Shown: positions 9,908 to 19,622, numbered from the stretch's first letter. The stretch: DNA of 46,473 nt from a virus (IMGVR_UViG_3300017909_002824:1-46473), one strand, 5' to 3'. Notes: generated from the sequence alone by a model not told the origin. Made by a program: numbers and translations.

Positions 9908-9925
9908 GATAAATAAGTATAAATA
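9908..9925 (+). promoter_or_regulatory. Tandem late promoters GATAAATA/TATAAATA, divergent from the - strand promoter at 9881-9888
   Basis: gataaata-ag-tataaata upstream of ATG 9950. Confidence 0.65.
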
Positions 9926-9949
9926 GTTATTCAAAGTAATGGAGACACA

Positions 9950-10648
9950 ATGGAACTTAAAGATTACTTAAAAGAGTCATTCACTAAAGAATATGGCTTT
10001 AGATTAAAGTTTGCCGCAGATTGTGGATCAGATCATATGGATATCTTAGAAAAATGTCTTGCAAAATATAACATGGTAAGCATTTCTCCTTTTAAAAGAT
10101 CTCCAATTGAGGAAAATCCAGTAGAATTTGTTAGAGCAAAAGGTGTTAATTTTACATCAGAAGTATGCAGTACTGATGTAGTTTTAAAATATCCTGTACA
10201 CGAAAGAGTACTTGAAGTATGGTGTGCAGTAAATCTTGGACTACCTCATGAAAGAGTATTAGTTTATGGTGTAAAAGAGCCAAGAAAAGCAGAGGCAGAA
10301 TTTGCCGGTGAAAGACTTGTAAACGATAAAGATAGATCAGTAAGTGAAGAAGATGCAGTATTGAATAACGAAGACCAATCCCATTACGAAATGCAAAACG
10401 AAGACTTTGATGATAACATATCTTTATACGGCGAAGAGTTTAACCAAAAGTTTCTTGATGAACTTGATAAAATCAAATCAGAAAAAGGTGCGGATTATTT
10501 CAGCAACTACCCAACAAAAGATGAATTAATGGGCGACAATTTAAGACCTATGTATGATACATTAACTGGTCAGCCTAATATGGGTAAAGGCGCAGAGCAA
10601 GCCAAAGAAGTTGATAGAATTAATATGCATGGTTCACGTAGTAGATAA
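9950..10648 (+). CDS. Hypothetical late/virion protein
   Basis: GGAG RBS; N-terminus MELKDYLKES carries an L-x-E motif. Confidence 0.65.
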   Translation: MELKDYLKESFTKEYGFRLKFAADCGSDHMDILEKCLAKYNMVSISPFKRSPIEENPVEFVRAKGVNFTSEVCSTDVVLKYPVHERVLEVWCAVNLGLPHERVLVYGVKEPRKAEAEFAGERLVNDKDRSVSEEDAVLNNEDQSHYEMQNEDFDDNISLYGEEFNQKFLDELDKIKSEKGADYFSNYPTKDELMGDNLRPMYDTLTGQPNMGKGAEQAKEVDRINMHGSRSR

Positions 10649-10650
10649 AA

Positions 10651-11256
10651 ATGCAAAGATCTGATCTACAGATAAGACAACTTATGTCGTTATTTGACAA
10701 CGATCGTAATGAGCCATTTGGCACAAAAGTAAAAAGAATTTCACGTAATACTGGCGATGCTATTGGAAAAGGTGCAGTTGGAGGTATGACTGGTGGAGCC
10801 ATAGGCGGAATTACTGGTGCAGTTGATGGCTATATGAGAGGTGGAGCCGCAGGTGTTGTGCCTGGTGCTATAGGTGGTGCTAAATTAGGTGGAGCCATAG
10901 GAGCCGTAGGTGGTGCCTTACAACCAACTATAGACAGAGAATTAGGTGACCCACAAACATTAGCCGCCGATGATGAAAATCCATTTGATGCAGATTCACA
11001 AGATTCAGTAGATGTTAATGTACCAAGTGGTCCTTTTGATGTTACAATTACAGCAAAAGTCAATGATGTAGATAGTTTAAAAGACTTATTGCAAAAACTA
11101 AATGACATTGATTCTAATAAACCAGGAATGGACACTAATATAGATCATGACAATGGAGAAGTAGAACCTACTGAACCGTGCGATAATCCACATTACTCAA
11201 CAGATAAAAAAATACTTGTAAATTATCTTAGAGACCAACTAAAAAATCGTCTTTAA
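10651..11256 (+). CDS. Glycine-zipper protein
   Basis: GAVGGMTGGAIGGITGAVDG...GAIGGAKLGGAIGAVGGAL followed by an acidic tail. Confidence 0.6.
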   Translation: MQRSDLQIRQLMSLFDNDRNEPFGTKVKRISRNTGDAIGKGAVGGMTGGAIGGITGAVDGYMRGGAAGVVPGAIGGAKLGGAIGAVGGALQPTIDRELGDPQTLAADDENPFDADSQDSVDVNVPSGPFDVTITAKVNDVDSLKDLLQKLNDIDSNKPGMDTNIDHDNGEVEPTEPCDNPHYSTDKKILVNYLRDQLKNRL

Positions 11257-11283
11257 ACCTTTTTTCCCACATAAATAGTACAT

Positions 11284-12876
11284 ATGGCAAGAGGAACCGC
11301 AGATACCACCCTGGTTAAGCAGGGTTATAGTAAAGTTGCATATACTGATGACACAATTTTAGATTTTAAAAATTGTGCTGATCCAGTTTCAGGTGCATTA
11401 TACTTTATGGAAAATCACATGAAAATTCAGCACCCTACTAAAGGTGCTATGAGTTTTGCACCTTTTGACTATCAATATGAACTTATAAAAAACTATAATG
11501 ATTACAGATATAGTATTAACATGCTGGGCAGACAGATGGGTAAAACCACTGTGGCGGCAGGATACTTGCTGTGGTATGCTATGTTTAAACCAGATAGCAC
11601 AATATTAGTTGCGGCTCACAAGGCGGCAGGTGCTCAGGAAATAATGCAACGTATAAGATATGCATATGAAAGTGTACCAGATCATATTAGGGCAGGTGTT
11701 ACAGAATACAACAAAGGTAGTATAAGTTTTGATAATGGTAGCAGAATTGTAAGTGCTACAACTACTGAAAACACTGGTAGGGGTATGTCACTAACATTAA
11801 TTTACTTAGACGAGTTTGCTTTTGTGCCTCCTCGAATTGCCAAAGAGTTTTGGGCATCATTATCGCCTACACTTGCTACAGGCGGTAGAGCAATTATTAC
11901 AAGTACACCTAACAACGACGATGATACATTTGCAAGTATATGGAAACAAGCATGTAGAACATTTGATGAAACTGGTGAAGAGCAAGATGTTGGTATAAAT
12001 GGCTTTAAATCTCTTTTAGCAAAATGGGATGAACATCCTGAAAGAGATGATGAATGGGCATTTGAGGAACGCAGTAGAATTGGTGAAGAACGTTTTAGAC
12101 GTGAGCATGAATGTGAATTTGTCATATACGACGAAACATTAATCTCTCCTCTTAAACTTTTAGAACTGTTTGGGGTAGATCCTTTATACAGAAGCGGTCA
12201 AGTAAGATGGTACAAAAACCCTTCACCAGAATGCATGTACACAGTTTCGTTAGATCCAAGTAGTGGTACAGGTGGCGATAATGCGGCAATACAAGTTATA
12301 GAATTACCAACAATGATTCAAGTTGCAGAATGGAGTAACAACAAAGTACCCATAGAAGGCCAAATAAAAGTAATGATGGAAATTATGCAGTACATCAAAG
12401 AAAATGGCGGTTACCAAATTTATTGGACAGTTGAGAATAATACTATTGGTGAAGCGGCACTTGTGGTAATCAGAGACACAGGAGAAGAAAGTTTTCCTGG
12501 AGAAATGTTACATGAGCCTAAAAAAATACAAGGCAAGAAAGGTCGTAAAGGTTTCCATACCACACATAAAAGTAAAATAGAATCATGTTTAATTTTAAAA
12601 CGTTTGATTGAAAACGATAAAATCAAAATCAAAAGCAAAGCATTAATCAGCGAACTCAAAAACTTTGTTGCAAGAGGTAACAGTTTTGCAGGCAAGCCAG
12701 GCGAGTTTGATGATTTAGTAATGTCCTTAACATTGTCTATAAGAATGATAGAATTTATTAGCACATTTGAAGATGATGTGTACAATGTTGTCAACAGCAG
12801 TTTAGGTTTAGGCGACGCAGACTGGATAACTGGAGACGATGATGAGGATACTCCCTTGCCAATTAGTATAATCTGA
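11284..12876 (+). CDS. terL: Terminase large subunit (T4 gp17-like)
   Basis: Walker A GRQMGKTT, Walker B YLDEFAF, ITSTPN coupling motif, FRREHECEF, nuclease motifs SLDPSSG.GGD and DDLVMS. Confidence 0.95.
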   Translation: MARGTADTTLVKQGYSKVAYTDDTILDFKNCADPVSGALYFMENHMKIQHPTKGAMSFAPFDYQYELIKNYNDYRYSINMLGRQMGKTTVAAGYLLWYAMFKPDSTILVAAHKAAGAQEIMQRIRYAYESVPDHIRAGVTEYNKGSISFDNGSRIVSATTTENTGRGMSLTLIYLDEFAFVPPRIAKEFWASLSPTLATGGRAIITSTPNNDDDTFASIWKQACRTFDETGEEQDVGINGFKSLLAKWDEHPERDDEWAFEERSRIGEERFRREHECEFVIYDETLISPLKLLELFGVDPLYRSGQVRWYKNPSPECMYTVSLDPSSGTGGDNAAIQVIELPTMIQVAEWSNNKVPIEGQIKVMMEIMQYIKENGGYQIYWTVENNTIGEAALVVIRDTGEESFPGEMLHEPKKIQGKKGRKGFHTTHKSKIESCLILKRLIENDKIKIKSKALISELKNFVARGNSFAGKPGEFDDLVMSLTLSIRMIEFISTFEDDVYNVVNSSLGLGDADWITGDDDEDTPLPISII

Positions 12877-12898
12877 TAAATAGTATTGGAGACATATT

Positions 12899-14161
12899 AT
12901 GGCTATTAATACAGACTTAGTTGCAGAAAAGATCTTTAACCATTTACGTGGTAAAGGTTTTACGGTTAAAAGTTTTAATAAAACAGGTGACTTAGTTACA
13001 AATCCTCAAGAAGCAACACGATTTGCTGTAGCAGAGCCTAATATACTTGTAAGATTAGATTTAAATAAAGAAAGTGTAAGTTTATCTGTATCGAAAGATT
13101 ACGATGATGACAACTTAAGATCACAACTCAAAGAGTTAGCACAGGATAATTTATTAAGTTTTGATTTTAGAGTGTTCAATAAAAAAATAGAACCTAAAGG
13201 TGAAAAGATAGACATAGCCAAAAAAGCGGAGAGAAATATGGCAGATGTTATGAAAGAAGCAAGTTTAGGTCGTATGACTGGTAGCAGTAAAACCAGTTAT
13301 CAACCACTCGAAAGTGTTAAGGTTGTTGTGCGACATAAGAAAGCAGTTAACGAAGAAATACGTGGTGCAAGAAGTAGAAATATACACAGTATTTTTGTAC
13401 AACGTGGTGAAGAAAGATTTAAAATGGCAGAAAACAATTTGCAAATGGCCAGAGCAATGGCACGTCATTTATATAACGGTGGCGAAGTACATGATAGCAT
13501 CGGTGAAGCAATAACAACTATGGCAGTAGACTACAGACAACTCCGCGAGTTTGTGTCTTATGTGCAAAGAAATAAAGTTATCAACGAAGACAACCAAAGC
13601 ATATTTGAACTTGCAGTAGACCGTGTAAAAGAAATCAGAGAAACATTTAAAAGACTAACTGGTGCAAAAAGTTATGTTATTGCAGTAGAAAGTTTAAATG
13701 AAGATCCTGTAGATAAGGCGGCAGATGCAGTTAGTGATTCAATAGGTGATAGATTCACTGAATCACATCTTGATGATAAAGTAATTAATGTAATCAGTAC
13801 ATTAGAAAAATTACAATCACGTAGAACAACATTTGAAGAAAGCATAATGACAGCAATTGAATCAGAAACTTTTGCTGGAGTAAAAGATTTATTAAGTGAA
13901 GATGATGTAGTAGATTTTGCATCACCTGAAGCAAGACTTGGACATCAAGTTACGCAAATGGGTTATAGTGCAAAAGATGGTACGTTATCAAACTACCTAC
14001 AGAACATAGGTAGTAAAATTAGCAATGGTGGACAACTTAATCCGTTCGAATACAGAGCAGTTAAGGCAAGTTTACTAAGTGCAGGTCAAAAAGGCGCAAA
14101 TGCAAGTCCTGTAGATGCAGGCAAGCAATATGAGTCGTTTTTGAACCAATTTGTAGACTAA
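12899..14161 (+). CDS. Conserved hypothetical late protein (possibly head/core-associated)
   Basis: Own late promoter (12875-12882) and GGAG RBS; helical; internal x-x-E motifs (VMKEA, VINED, LLSED). Confidence 0.6.
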   Translation: MAINTDLVAEKIFNHLRGKGFTVKSFNKTGDLVTNPQEATRFAVAEPNILVRLDLNKESVSLSVSKDYDDDNLRSQLKELAQDNLLSFDFRVFNKKIEPKGEKIDIAKKAERNMADVMKEASLGRMTGSSKTSYQPLESVKVVVRHKKAVNEEIRGARSRNIHSIFVQRGEERFKMAENNLQMARAMARHLYNGGEVHDSIGEAITTMAVDYRQLREFVSYVQRNKVINEDNQSIFELAVDRVKEIRETFKRLTGAKSYVIAVESLNEDPVDKAADAVSDSIGDRFTESHLDDKVINVISTLEKLQSRRTTFEESIMTAIESETFAGVKDLLSEDDVVDFASPEARLGHQVTQMGYSAKDGTLSNYLQNIGSKISNGGQLNPFEYRAVKASLLSAGQKGANASPVDAGKQYESFLNQFVD

Positions 14162-14215
14162 ACTGCAAACAAAATACTAAATAACATTGTTAGAAAAAAA
14201 TTAACAAAAAAAAGG

Positions 14216-14244
14216 TTGACTTTTTTCTATCTTGGCAATATAAT
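14216..14244 (+). promoter_or_regulatory. sigma70-type promoter for the SSB operon
   Basis: TTGACT (14216-21), 17-nt spacer, TATAAT (14239-44). Confidence 0.75.
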
Positions 14245-14308
14245 AAAAAAACAGTAATATGAAAGTATTACGAACATGGCAAATTATGGCAAACAATAGG
14301 AGAATATT

Positions 14309-15322
14309 ATGGCCTCATTAGCAGAAATCCGTGCCAAACTGGCACAAATGGAATCCAAACCTGGTTCCAATAATCAACCCCAAGACAACGCAATTTATCC
14401 ATTCTGGAATATTGACGAAGGTACAAGTTGTACTCTTAGGTTCCTTCCTGACGAAGATCCTAATAATACATTCTTTTGGGTTGAAAGACAAATGATCCGA
14501 CTCACCTTTCCTGGTGTTGTTGGTGGCGAAAATCGTCCAGTAACTGTACAAGTTCCTTGTATGGAAATGTGGGGCGAAACATGTCCTGTTCTTACAGAAG
14601 TAAGACCTTGGTTCAAAGACGCAAGTCTTGAAGACATGGGACGTAAATATTGGAAAAAGAGAAGTTACATTTTCCAAGGATTTGTAAATGAAAATCCTTT
14701 AAATGAAACTGCTCCAGAAAATCCAATTAGACGTTTTGTTATCGGACCTCAAATCTTTAACATTATCAAATCAGCATTGATGGACCCAGAAATGGAAAAT
14801 CTGCCAACTGATTATGTAAATGGTACTGACTTCCGTTTAACAAAAACAACTAAAGGTCAATACGCAGACTACAGTACTTCTAAATGGGCACGAAAAGAAA
14901 GTGCATTAGATGAAACTCAACTTGCGGCTATTGATACACACGGTTTACACAACTTAAACGACTTCTTGCCTGCAAAGCCTTCAGCAGAGGGTGTACAAGC
15001 AATCGCAGAAATGTTCCAGGCAAGTGTTGACGGAGAACTGTATGATCCAGCAAAATGGGGTAACTTTTACAAACCCTATGGACTTGATACAGGATCAAGC
15101 ACACAATCCACAGTTGCATCGGCTCAACCTGCTCCAGCAGTACAGCAACCTGCAACAGAGAGTGTGGCTCCTGTAGTTGAAAATACAGAAGTTGTAGCAG
15201 AAACTACTACTCCTGCCCCGGAACCTGTCGCTGAAGCACCTGCACCTGCAACAGCAGAAGCAGATGCTGGTAAAAAATCAGCAGATGACATTCTTGCAAT
15301 GATCAGAAACAGACAGTCTTAA
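14309..15322 (+). CDS. Single-stranded DNA-binding protein (T4 gp32-like)
   Basis: LRFLPD, CPV, YWKKRSY, GQYADYSTSKW, Ala/Pro-rich linker, acidic ADDILAM end; upstream of UvsX. Confidence 0.85.
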   Translation: MASLAEIRAKLAQMESKPGSNNQPQDNAIYPFWNIDEGTSCTLRFLPDEDPNNTFFWVERQMIRLTFPGVVGGENRPVTVQVPCMEMWGETCPVLTEVRPWFKDASLEDMGRKYWKKRSYIFQGFVNENPLNETAPENPIRRFVIGPQIFNIIKSALMDPEMENLPTDYVNGTDFRLTKTTKGQYADYSTSKWARKESALDETQLAAIDTHGLHNLNDFLPAKPSAEGVQAIAEMFQASVDGELYDPAKWGNFYKPYGLDTGSSTQSTVASAQPAPAVQQPATESVAPVVENTEVVAETTTPAPEPVAEAPAPATAEADAGKKSADDILAMIRNRQS

Positions 15323-15332
15323 GGAGAATACA

Positions 15333-16445
15333 ATGCAAAAGCCTTTTGACTTAACTAAGTTCCGAACTGGACTGACTAAAAGCATCACAGGTATCAGTGC
15401 TGGTTTCCACGACCCAAAAGATTGGGTAAGCACTGGTAATTACACACTTGACTATTTGATTAGTGGAGATTTCAATGGAGGTATTCCATTAGGAAAAGTT
15501 AGTGTGTTCGCTGGTGAGTCAGGCTCAGGTAAATCATTTATTTGTTCTGGTAACATTGTAAAAAATGCACAAGACATGGGTTGTCAAGTAGTGTTGTTTG
15601 ATTCTGAGAATGCACTTGACGAGCAATGGTTACAAGCATTAGATGTTGATACAAGTCCTGAAAAACTATTAAAAATAAGTGTTTCAATGATAGATGACGT
15701 TGCAAAAGCAATTTCTGAATTCATTAAAGACTATAAAGCAAATTATGGAGACTTAGAGTATGAAGAAATGCCTAAGTTAGTATTTGTTGTTGATAGTTTA
15801 GGAATGTTATTAACACCAACAGATGTTGATCAGTTCCAAAAAGGTGACATGAAAGGTGATATGGGTAGAAAACCAAAAGCACTTGCGGCTTTGGTTAGAA
15901 ACACAGTGAACCAAATTGCACCTTTTCCAATCGCATTAGTGGCAACTAACCACACATACGCATCACAAGATATGTTTGATCCAGATGATAAAATCTCAGG
16001 TGGTCAGGGATTTATCTATGCATCAAGTATTGTGGTTGCCATGAAAAAACTTAAACTCAAAGAAGACGCAGATGGTAACAAAGTGTCAACTGTACAAGGC
16101 ATAAGAGCGGCCTGTAAAGTAATGAAGTCACGTTACAGTAAACCGTTTGAAGGAGTGCAAGTTAAAATACCTTATGAAACTGGCATGGATCCATACAGTG
16201 GTATGTTAGAAATGCTTGAATCAAAAGGTATTGTGGAAAAAGTAGGAAACAAACTTTTATATGTCTCTCCTGTAACTGGTGAAGAAATCAAAGAATTCAG
16301 AAAAGGTTGGACTGGAGATAAACTTCAGGTAATTATAGATGAATGGGGTCAGAATCCTAAAGCACAAGTCGATGAACTTGATGTTGGTGATGCTAATCCT
16401 AATGATTTTGAACCAGATACTGAGGAGTACACAGATGAGTCCTGA
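15333..16445 (+). CDS. uvsX: RecA-like recombinase UvsX
   Basis: STGNYTLDYLISG, Walker A GESGSGKS, FDSENA, VVDSLGML, NHTY, SGGQG. Confidence 0.92.
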   Translation: MQKPFDLTKFRTGLTKSITGISAGFHDPKDWVSTGNYTLDYLISGDFNGGIPLGKVSVFAGESGSGKSFICSGNIVKNAQDMGCQVVLFDSENALDEQWLQALDVDTSPEKLLKISVSMIDDVAKAISEFIKDYKANYGDLEYEEMPKLVFVVDSLGMLLTPTDVDQFQKGDMKGDMGRKPKALAALVRNTVNQIAPFPIALVATNHTYASQDMFDPDDKISGGQGFIYASSIVVAMKKLKLKEDADGNKVSTVQGIRAACKVMKSRYSKPFEGVQVKIPYETGMDPYSGMLEMLESKGIVEKVGNKLLYVSPVTGEEIKEFRKGWTGDKLQVIIDEWGQNPKAQVDELDVGDANPNDFEPDTEEYTDES

Positions 16446-16674
16446 AGTAGCACTTTTACACGAACTGTGGGATAGAATCAAAGGGTTCATCCCACAAAAA
16501 GAAAGATTGCGAATTGCAGAAGAAGTTGTTAGAATTTTTGATGACAATGTTGATATTTCAGAGTTTGATGAAGTAATTAATGAATTTGATTCTGTAATGA
16601 AAGCGGCAATTATAAGTCATTTTGATATCGGTTTTGACGATAACGATGATGACGACGATGACTGGGATTATTAA
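16435..16674 (+). CDS. Small acidic hypothetical protein
   Basis: Likely start is ATG 16435 (MSPEVALL...) after a GAGGAG RBS; D-rich C-terminus; lies between uvsX and uvsY. Confidence 0.65.
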   Translation: MSPEVALLHELWDRIKGFIPQKERLRIAEEVVRIFDDNVDISEFDEVINEFDSVMKAAIISHFDIGFDDNDDDDDDWDY

Positions 16675-17132
16675 TGGCATGGTATAACAAAATTGTAGAT
16701 GACTTAGGTAACATTGTTCCGGCGATTGAATACTATGAGTCAGAACTGCAAGATGCCAGATATGAATGCGGTATCAAGGGTAGCCTGGAAAAATCCAGTG
16801 CCGCCCTCCCAGGCTTAACAGAGTATCGCTTTAATCAACTCCAAGAGATTGAAGCGATTCTCGAACATTTAAATATAGAACTTCGCAAAGAACGTTCTAT
16901 TACATTTCGTAAATATTTAGAAAGTTACAACAGACAACTCAGCAGTAGAGATGCCGAAAAGTTTGTTGACAGCGAACAAAGTGTTATTGACCTAACGCAC
17001 CTAACAAATCAATTTAGTCTTTTAAGAAATAAATACTTGGGCATAATGAAAGGTCTTGATACAAAACAATGGCAAATTGGACACATCACAAGACTTAGAA
17101 CAGCAGGTATGGAAGACATAGTAATTGATTAA
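16674..17132 (+). CDS. uvsY: Recombination mediator UvsY-like
   Basis: 152-aa coiled-coil protein after uvsX with C-terminal KGLDTKQWQI...RLRTAGM. Confidence 0.7.
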   Translation: MAWYNKIVDDLGNIVPAIEYYESELQDARYECGIKGSLEKSSAALPGLTEYRFNQLQEIEAILEHLNIELRKERSITFRKYLESYNRQLSSRDAEKFVDSEQSVIDLTHLTNQFSLLRNKYLGIMKGLDTKQWQIGHITRLRTAGMEDIVID

Positions 17133-18286
17133 TGACAACATTTGAATACGATTTACTACAATGCGAAGAAAGAACTTGGCATAGTTGGGAAAATTTTACA
17201 GAAACACTTACACAAGACTTTCAAAGTTTTAGACAGTCTAATCCAGACAAACCAGTAAAAATAATTTTTAATTATACCTGTGAAGGCACCATGTGGCTTG
17301 TAGAAGGAGATATCTTTTACAAAGCAATACACAATTTTGCAAAAAAATATAATGTAAATTGTAATAATATAACTTATAATGGCAGTAATGAAAAATTACA
17401 GGAAAGTTATGACAGTTGGCATAAACAGTATTCTAATACTACAGACAAAATAAATGTAAACAGTGAGTGTTTTGGTTTATACTTGTACAGAAAAGATAGT
17501 GGATACTTTGATAAGTTAATTTATACAAAAGAAGCACCAACTAAACTTAGAAATAAAAAATATAATTGTTTAAATGCAAACATGATGCCACATAGATTAT
17601 TGTTTATGTTAGCAATGCAACAAAAAGGTTTGATAGACAAGGAGCACACTTATACAAGTTTTCATGCTTTTCCAGAACTACTTAATCCAAGTCCAGAAGA
17701 TCCTATACTAAAACATAAAAAATGGGCAGATGTATTGACACAAGAATTCAAAAGTACATTGCCAATACAATTTGATTTATCTGGTGGTTGGGATAAAATA
17801 TATGATAAAATATTTGAAAGTTATCCTGAAGTAGCAGGCCTTGATTGGAACAAAGTAGGTGACTTCAGGTACATTTATGAGGATTGCTACTTTACAATTA
17901 CTACTGAAAGTTCAGAGAGTCATGATTTATGTGATTATCATTGGGACGACAAAGTAAATGATTACTTTAGAACTTTCCATAAAGAGATGTTTCTTACAGA
18001 AAAAATAACAAGGCCTATGCTTAATTTACATCCTCAAATTATATATGGAGCATCAGGCACATTAGAACATTTGCATAGTTTGGGTTTCAAAACATTCAGT
18101 GATTATTGGAGCGAAGAGTATGATCAGTTATATGGCGAAAGCAAGTTAAATGCAATTATAGACATTATTGCTGATCTCGGTTCCAGACCTTTAGAGGAAC
18201 TGCATGAAATGTATTGGGATATGATGCCAATTTTAAAGCACAATCAAGAAATATTATTAAATAACACCTATGAAAAAAATAATTAG
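17132..18286 (+). CDS. Putative glycosyltransferase-like enzyme (paralog of 524..1537)
   Basis: CLNANMMPHR, ITTES, FLTEKITRP..LHP, LGFKTFSDYWSEEYD, ILKHNQ. Confidence 0.45.
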   Translation: MTTFEYDLLQCEERTWHSWENFTETLTQDFQSFRQSNPDKPVKIIFNYTCEGTMWLVEGDIFYKAIHNFAKKYNVNCNNITYNGSNEKLQESYDSWHKQYSNTTDKINVNSECFGLYLYRKDSGYFDKLIYTKEAPTKLRNKKYNCLNANMMPHRLLFMLAMQQKGLIDKEHTYTSFHAFPELLNPSPEDPILKHKKWADVLTQEFKSTLPIQFDLSGGWDKIYDKIFESYPEVAGLDWNKVGDFRYIYEDCYFTITTESSESHDLCDYHWDDKVNDYFRTFHKEMFLTEKITRPMLNLHPQIIYGASGTLEHLHSLGFKTFSDYWSEEYDQLYGESKLNAIIDIIADLGSRPLEELHEMYWDMMPILKHNQEILLNNTYEKNN

Positions 18287-18398
18287 ACAGATAGACATGT
18301 TAATTTTGAAATACAGCACAAGGTATTTACTTTGGAAAGTTGATAGAAAATTAAAGAAAACACTAAAAAAACAACGTTTGAATTGCAAAAAAACGTAA
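18270..18398 (+). CDS. Possible small basic protein (42 aa, MKKIIRQIDMLILKYSTRYLLWKVDRKLKKTLKKQRLNCKKT)
   Basis: Below the ORF-track cutoff; TTAAATA sits 6 nt before the ATG, as in the other leaderless late genes. Confidence 0.3.
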   Translation: MKKIIRQIDMLILKYSTRYLLWKVDRKLKKTLKKQRLNCKKT

Positions 18399-18448
18399 AA
18401 TATTTTGTAAGTTACTGAAATTCTTAGTAAAAAAATCACAAAAACTGG

Positions 18449-18476
18449 TTGACATATCCTGAAAATTTGCTATACT
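18449..18476 (+). promoter_or_regulatory. Early sigma70-type promoter with extended -10
   Basis: ggTTGACA, 16-nt spacer ending in TGC, TATACT. Confidence 0.8.
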
Positions 18477-18506
18477 ATATGCATAGTTAGGAATTAGGAG
18501 TAGCAA

Positions 18507-19004
18507 ATGTCTAAATTAGTAATTAACACACAACACCGTGAGAACTACGGTGCTCATGATTGGGATGGCAAGGGCGAATGTCCGCAGTATTGGAAGTTCA
18601 AAGGTGGCAACACTTATGTTGTACGTGATCTAAGTACTGCTCACATTAACAAAATTGCTGAGCAGGGCATTCCTACTCTAACTACTCTCATCGAAAGCAA
18701 GAGCGAGTACTTCCAAGAGTATATCTTGGGTTGGGAAATTGTTGAGGACGACGCTCGTGAATGCGAGGAGTGGGACTCAGTAATTGAGTTTCAGTGGAAA
18801 GGTGACCGTTGGAGTTGCCTGCGTTTCACAACCAACGGCGAGCATGGTTACATGCGTAAGGAAATACTTGCTAAATCTGAGCAGTGGATTCCACTTGAAG
18901 CAGGGGAGAGGGCTCATTATGCCTGTCAGTACAAAGTCAGCAATGGCTGGTTTGACAGCAATGACCCTCAACTTAAACGTGAAATTGAAAAGGAGGCGGC
19001 GTAA
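18507..19004 (+). CDS. Early hypothetical protein
   Basis: AGGAG RBS; N-terminus TQHRENYGAHDWDGKGECPQYWKFKGG. Confidence 0.75.
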   Translation: MSKLVINTQHRENYGAHDWDGKGECPQYWKFKGGNTYVVRDLSTAHINKIAEQGIPTLTTLIESKSEYFQEYILGWEIVEDDARECEEWDSVIEFQWKGDRWSCLRFTTNGEHGYMRKEILAKSEQWIPLEAGERAHYACQYKVSNGWFDSNDPQLKREIEKEAA

Positions 19005-19327
19005 TGTTAACTGCAGAAATTCATAAATTAGCAACTCGTAATGCCGAGATTGCAACACAAGACTACATTCAAAAGCACGGTGAACATCCGTTTAACTGTG
19101 GTTTTGCTTGGGTTACTGCTTTTGTTAAAGGTAATACAAAATTGGGCAAAAGTTTTATTGCACAAGGTTTTAACAAAAGTTATACTGGTGGATACCAGTT
19201 GTGGAACCCTTCAGGTAATTGCACACAAGATGTAAGTGCCAAAGAAGCAGGTGTAGAAGCATACATCAAAACAGTTGAAACATACTTACCTGATGTAAAA
19301 CTTTACGAAGGGTCAAGGTTAGATTAA
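19004..19327 (+). CDS. Early hypothetical protein
   Basis: TAATG coupling with a GGAGG RBS; CGFAWV motif; C-terminal SRLD. Confidence 0.7.
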   Translation: MLTAEIHKLATRNAEIATQDYIQKHGEHPFNCGFAWVTAFVKGNTKLGKSFIAQGFNKSYTGGYQLWNPSGNCTQDVSAKEAGVEAYIKTVETYLPDVKLYEGSRLD

Positions 19328-19329
19328 GG

Positions 19330-19357
19330 TTGACTTTTCTTCAAAAGATGCTATAAT
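19330..19357 (+). promoter_or_regulatory. Early sigma70-type promoter with extended -10
   Basis: ggTTGACT, 16-nt spacer ending in TGC, TATAAT. Confidence 0.8.
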
Positions 19358-19385
19358 ATTTATATAGTTAGGAAAAAGGAGTAAC

Positions 19386-19559
19386 ATGACAACATTATTT
19401 ATTCTTACAGTTTTAGGACTTTTAGTTGCACCATTTGTGATTACTAAGTCTGCTTTTGCTGGAGTCGACGGTATTGCTGACTTTTTTGCAAGAGTTGTAG
19501 GAGCAATATTTGGATGGTTACTTATACTTTTTGTTATCTTTATTGTTTTTTCTGGTTGA
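19386..19559 (+). CDS. Small two-TM membrane protein (57 aa), not in the ORF track
   Basis: MTTLFILTVLGLLVAPFVITKSAFAGVDGIADFFARVVGAIFGWLLILFVIFIVFSG; own promoter and AAGGAG RBS. Confidence 0.75.
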   Translation: MTTLFILTVLGLLVAPFVITKSAFAGVDGIADFFARVVGAIFGWLLILFVIFIVFSG

Positions 19560-19583
19560 CAAAACACTAAAGTTTGCTATAAT
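19556..19583 (+). promoter_or_regulatory. Early sigma70-type promoter with extended -10
   Basis: ggTTGACA, 16-nt spacer ending in TGC, TATAAT; the -35 box overlaps the stop codon of the previous ORF. Confidence 0.8.
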
Positions 19584-19622
19584 ATACTTATATTTAATTA
19601 ATTGGCTGTGGGAGGCTATGTA

